Positions 62,641 to 64,000 of a stretch of DNA of 64,000 nucleotides are shown here, piece by piece. Origin of the DNA: Octopus sinensis (Eukaryota); assembly GCF_006345805.1 (NCBI RefSeq), contig NC_042997.1:178064001-178128000 (forward strand), in the 5' to 3' direction. Position 1 is the stretch's first letter; each line of letters opens with the position of its first letter. The notes beneath the pieces were generated by a model that saw nothing but the letters and a program-made list of their open reading frames with translations, had not been told where the DNA came from and did no database searches. A program made the translations under genes and the position numbers.

Positions 62641-62646
62641 TTTTTT
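62641..62646 (+). terminator. RNA polymerase III terminator (T6) of the tRNA-Gly gene
   Basis: TTTTTT begins 6 nt after the tRNA 3' end; a second T6 run follows at 62652-62657. Confidence 0.8.
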
Positions 62647-63585
62647 GCTTGTTTTTTCAAAATCTTGAGTGTCCTACAATTATCCACGCCACTTTTATTA
62701 TTTATACCTTGTATGTCTGCTCCAGTTAGTCACTATTGTGACAATACTTATCTTTTATTCAGTGTTTCAATCCTATTTTAAGAAAGCAAAATGTGTATTG
62801 AACAAATTTGCTATTTTTAGCAGGTTGAGTAGCTGCATTAAGGTTTCTTCTATTCTGTTTTTCTTTCCTGCTTTTGTAATTTAGTAAATAATACTTCAAT
62901 TTTATAATTCGTTGTTGAATTTTGATATATTTCATTCATTGGCAAGTAACTGAAAAAGAAGTATTACAACTAAAATTACAACAATAATGCTATTTTATTT
63001 TCCTGAAAGTAAAATATTTAAAAAACTTTTTTAATTTTCTGTTTGATTTTGCAGGTATGAGACCAAAGGCAAAAAGAAAAAACAAAAAGGAAAAGAAACA
63101 AAAAAAATAAGAATGAAGGTTTTTTGAATATTTAACCACATCATTAAAACAAACAGGTACCTCAGATGTACCAAACACTGTCCCATAGTACAACGTCTGA
63201 GATATGAATGGAAATCCAAGTACAAAAAGGATACTTTATTACATCATCAATTAAAGTTTGTTTTCCTTGCTGGCATGAGTTGGACGGTTCAGCAGGTGCT
63301 GAAGAGACAGAGAACTGCATCAAGTTCTAATGTCTTCCTTGGCATGGTTTATGCAGTTGGATACACTCCCTGATGCGGGTTTCTTTACAGTGTGAACCGG
63401 GTGGTGTTTACCTGTACCAACACTAGTGAGGTTACCAAATAACTAGCAAGACAAGATACCCTCGACTGAGTGAGTGTGTGTGTGTGTGTGTGTGGTGTGG
63501 GGGGGGGTTATATATAGGAAAGTGGCTTTAAGCCAGGTGGTGAGGTACATAAAAGTCACTTTCTTTAAAGGAAGAAAAATTGTAG

Positions 63586-63845
63586 AAATCATCATCATCA
63601 TCATCACTACCACCATCACCACCACCATCACCATCATCACCACCACCACCACCACCATCATCACATTCACCATCACCATCATCACCACCACCACCACCAC
63701 CATCACCATCACCATCATCATGATCATCATCATCACCACCATCACCACCACCACCACCACCACCACCATCACCATCGTCATCATCATCATCATCATCACC
63801 ATCATCTCCACCACCACCACCACCACCACCACCACCACTATGATT
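63586..63845. repeat. Compound (CAT/CAC)n trinucleotide tract
   Basis: Direct reading; explains the poly-T/I, poly-V/M and poly-G/D ORFs. Confidence 0.95.
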
Positions 63846-64000
63846 ACATTTCAAAATGTCTGTCTTTTGCCTTGATCATGGCCTGCGAACAAGCATTCAC
63901 TGAGTTACATAAACACCATACCACCTCTTCATCCAACTTGACCTATGAACACAGAAAGACTGTCTTCAGATTTGACATACTTAAATAGGAGTGAGCAGAA

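Noticed and set aside
63443-63875. Long ORFs of poly-V/M, poly-T/I and poly-G/D
   Set aside because: Translations of a (CAT/CAC)n microsatellite; the same applies to 51810-52127, 34688-34953 and 35542-35736.

Overview
AT-rich, repeat-dense eukaryotic genomic DNA. The SINE and MITE families resemble those I recall from octopus (cephalopod) genomes; this is inference, not a database result. Nearly all ORFs in the supplied track are microsatellite or SINE artefacts. The best-supported host features are (i) an intact tRNA-Gly(CCC) gene at 62565-62635 and (ii) the 5' end of an unidentified spliced protein-coding gene on the minus strand, with three phase-compatible exons at 22144-22198, 21174-21267 and 19419-19451, inside a CpG-retaining zone that has an NRF1-like motif. 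Other exon candidates exist on both strands but cannot be assembled with confidence. The rest is layered transposon history: three decayed mariner transposases, a Tc1/maT-like 3' fragment, hAT/Charlie and piggyBac-type MITEs with TSDs, a non-autonomous Helitron, RTE and CR1 LINE fragments, Penelope-like fragments, two solo LTRs of one family and dozens of SINE copies. The most unusual items are a minimal type I hammerhead ribozyme motif (30833-30876), a twin-primed inverted RTE split by a solo LTR, a train of three Charlie MITEs sharing target sites, a 390-bp near-perfect palindrome, and SINEs inserted at hairpin apices. No prokaryotic-type system (CRISPR, operon, rRNA) is present.
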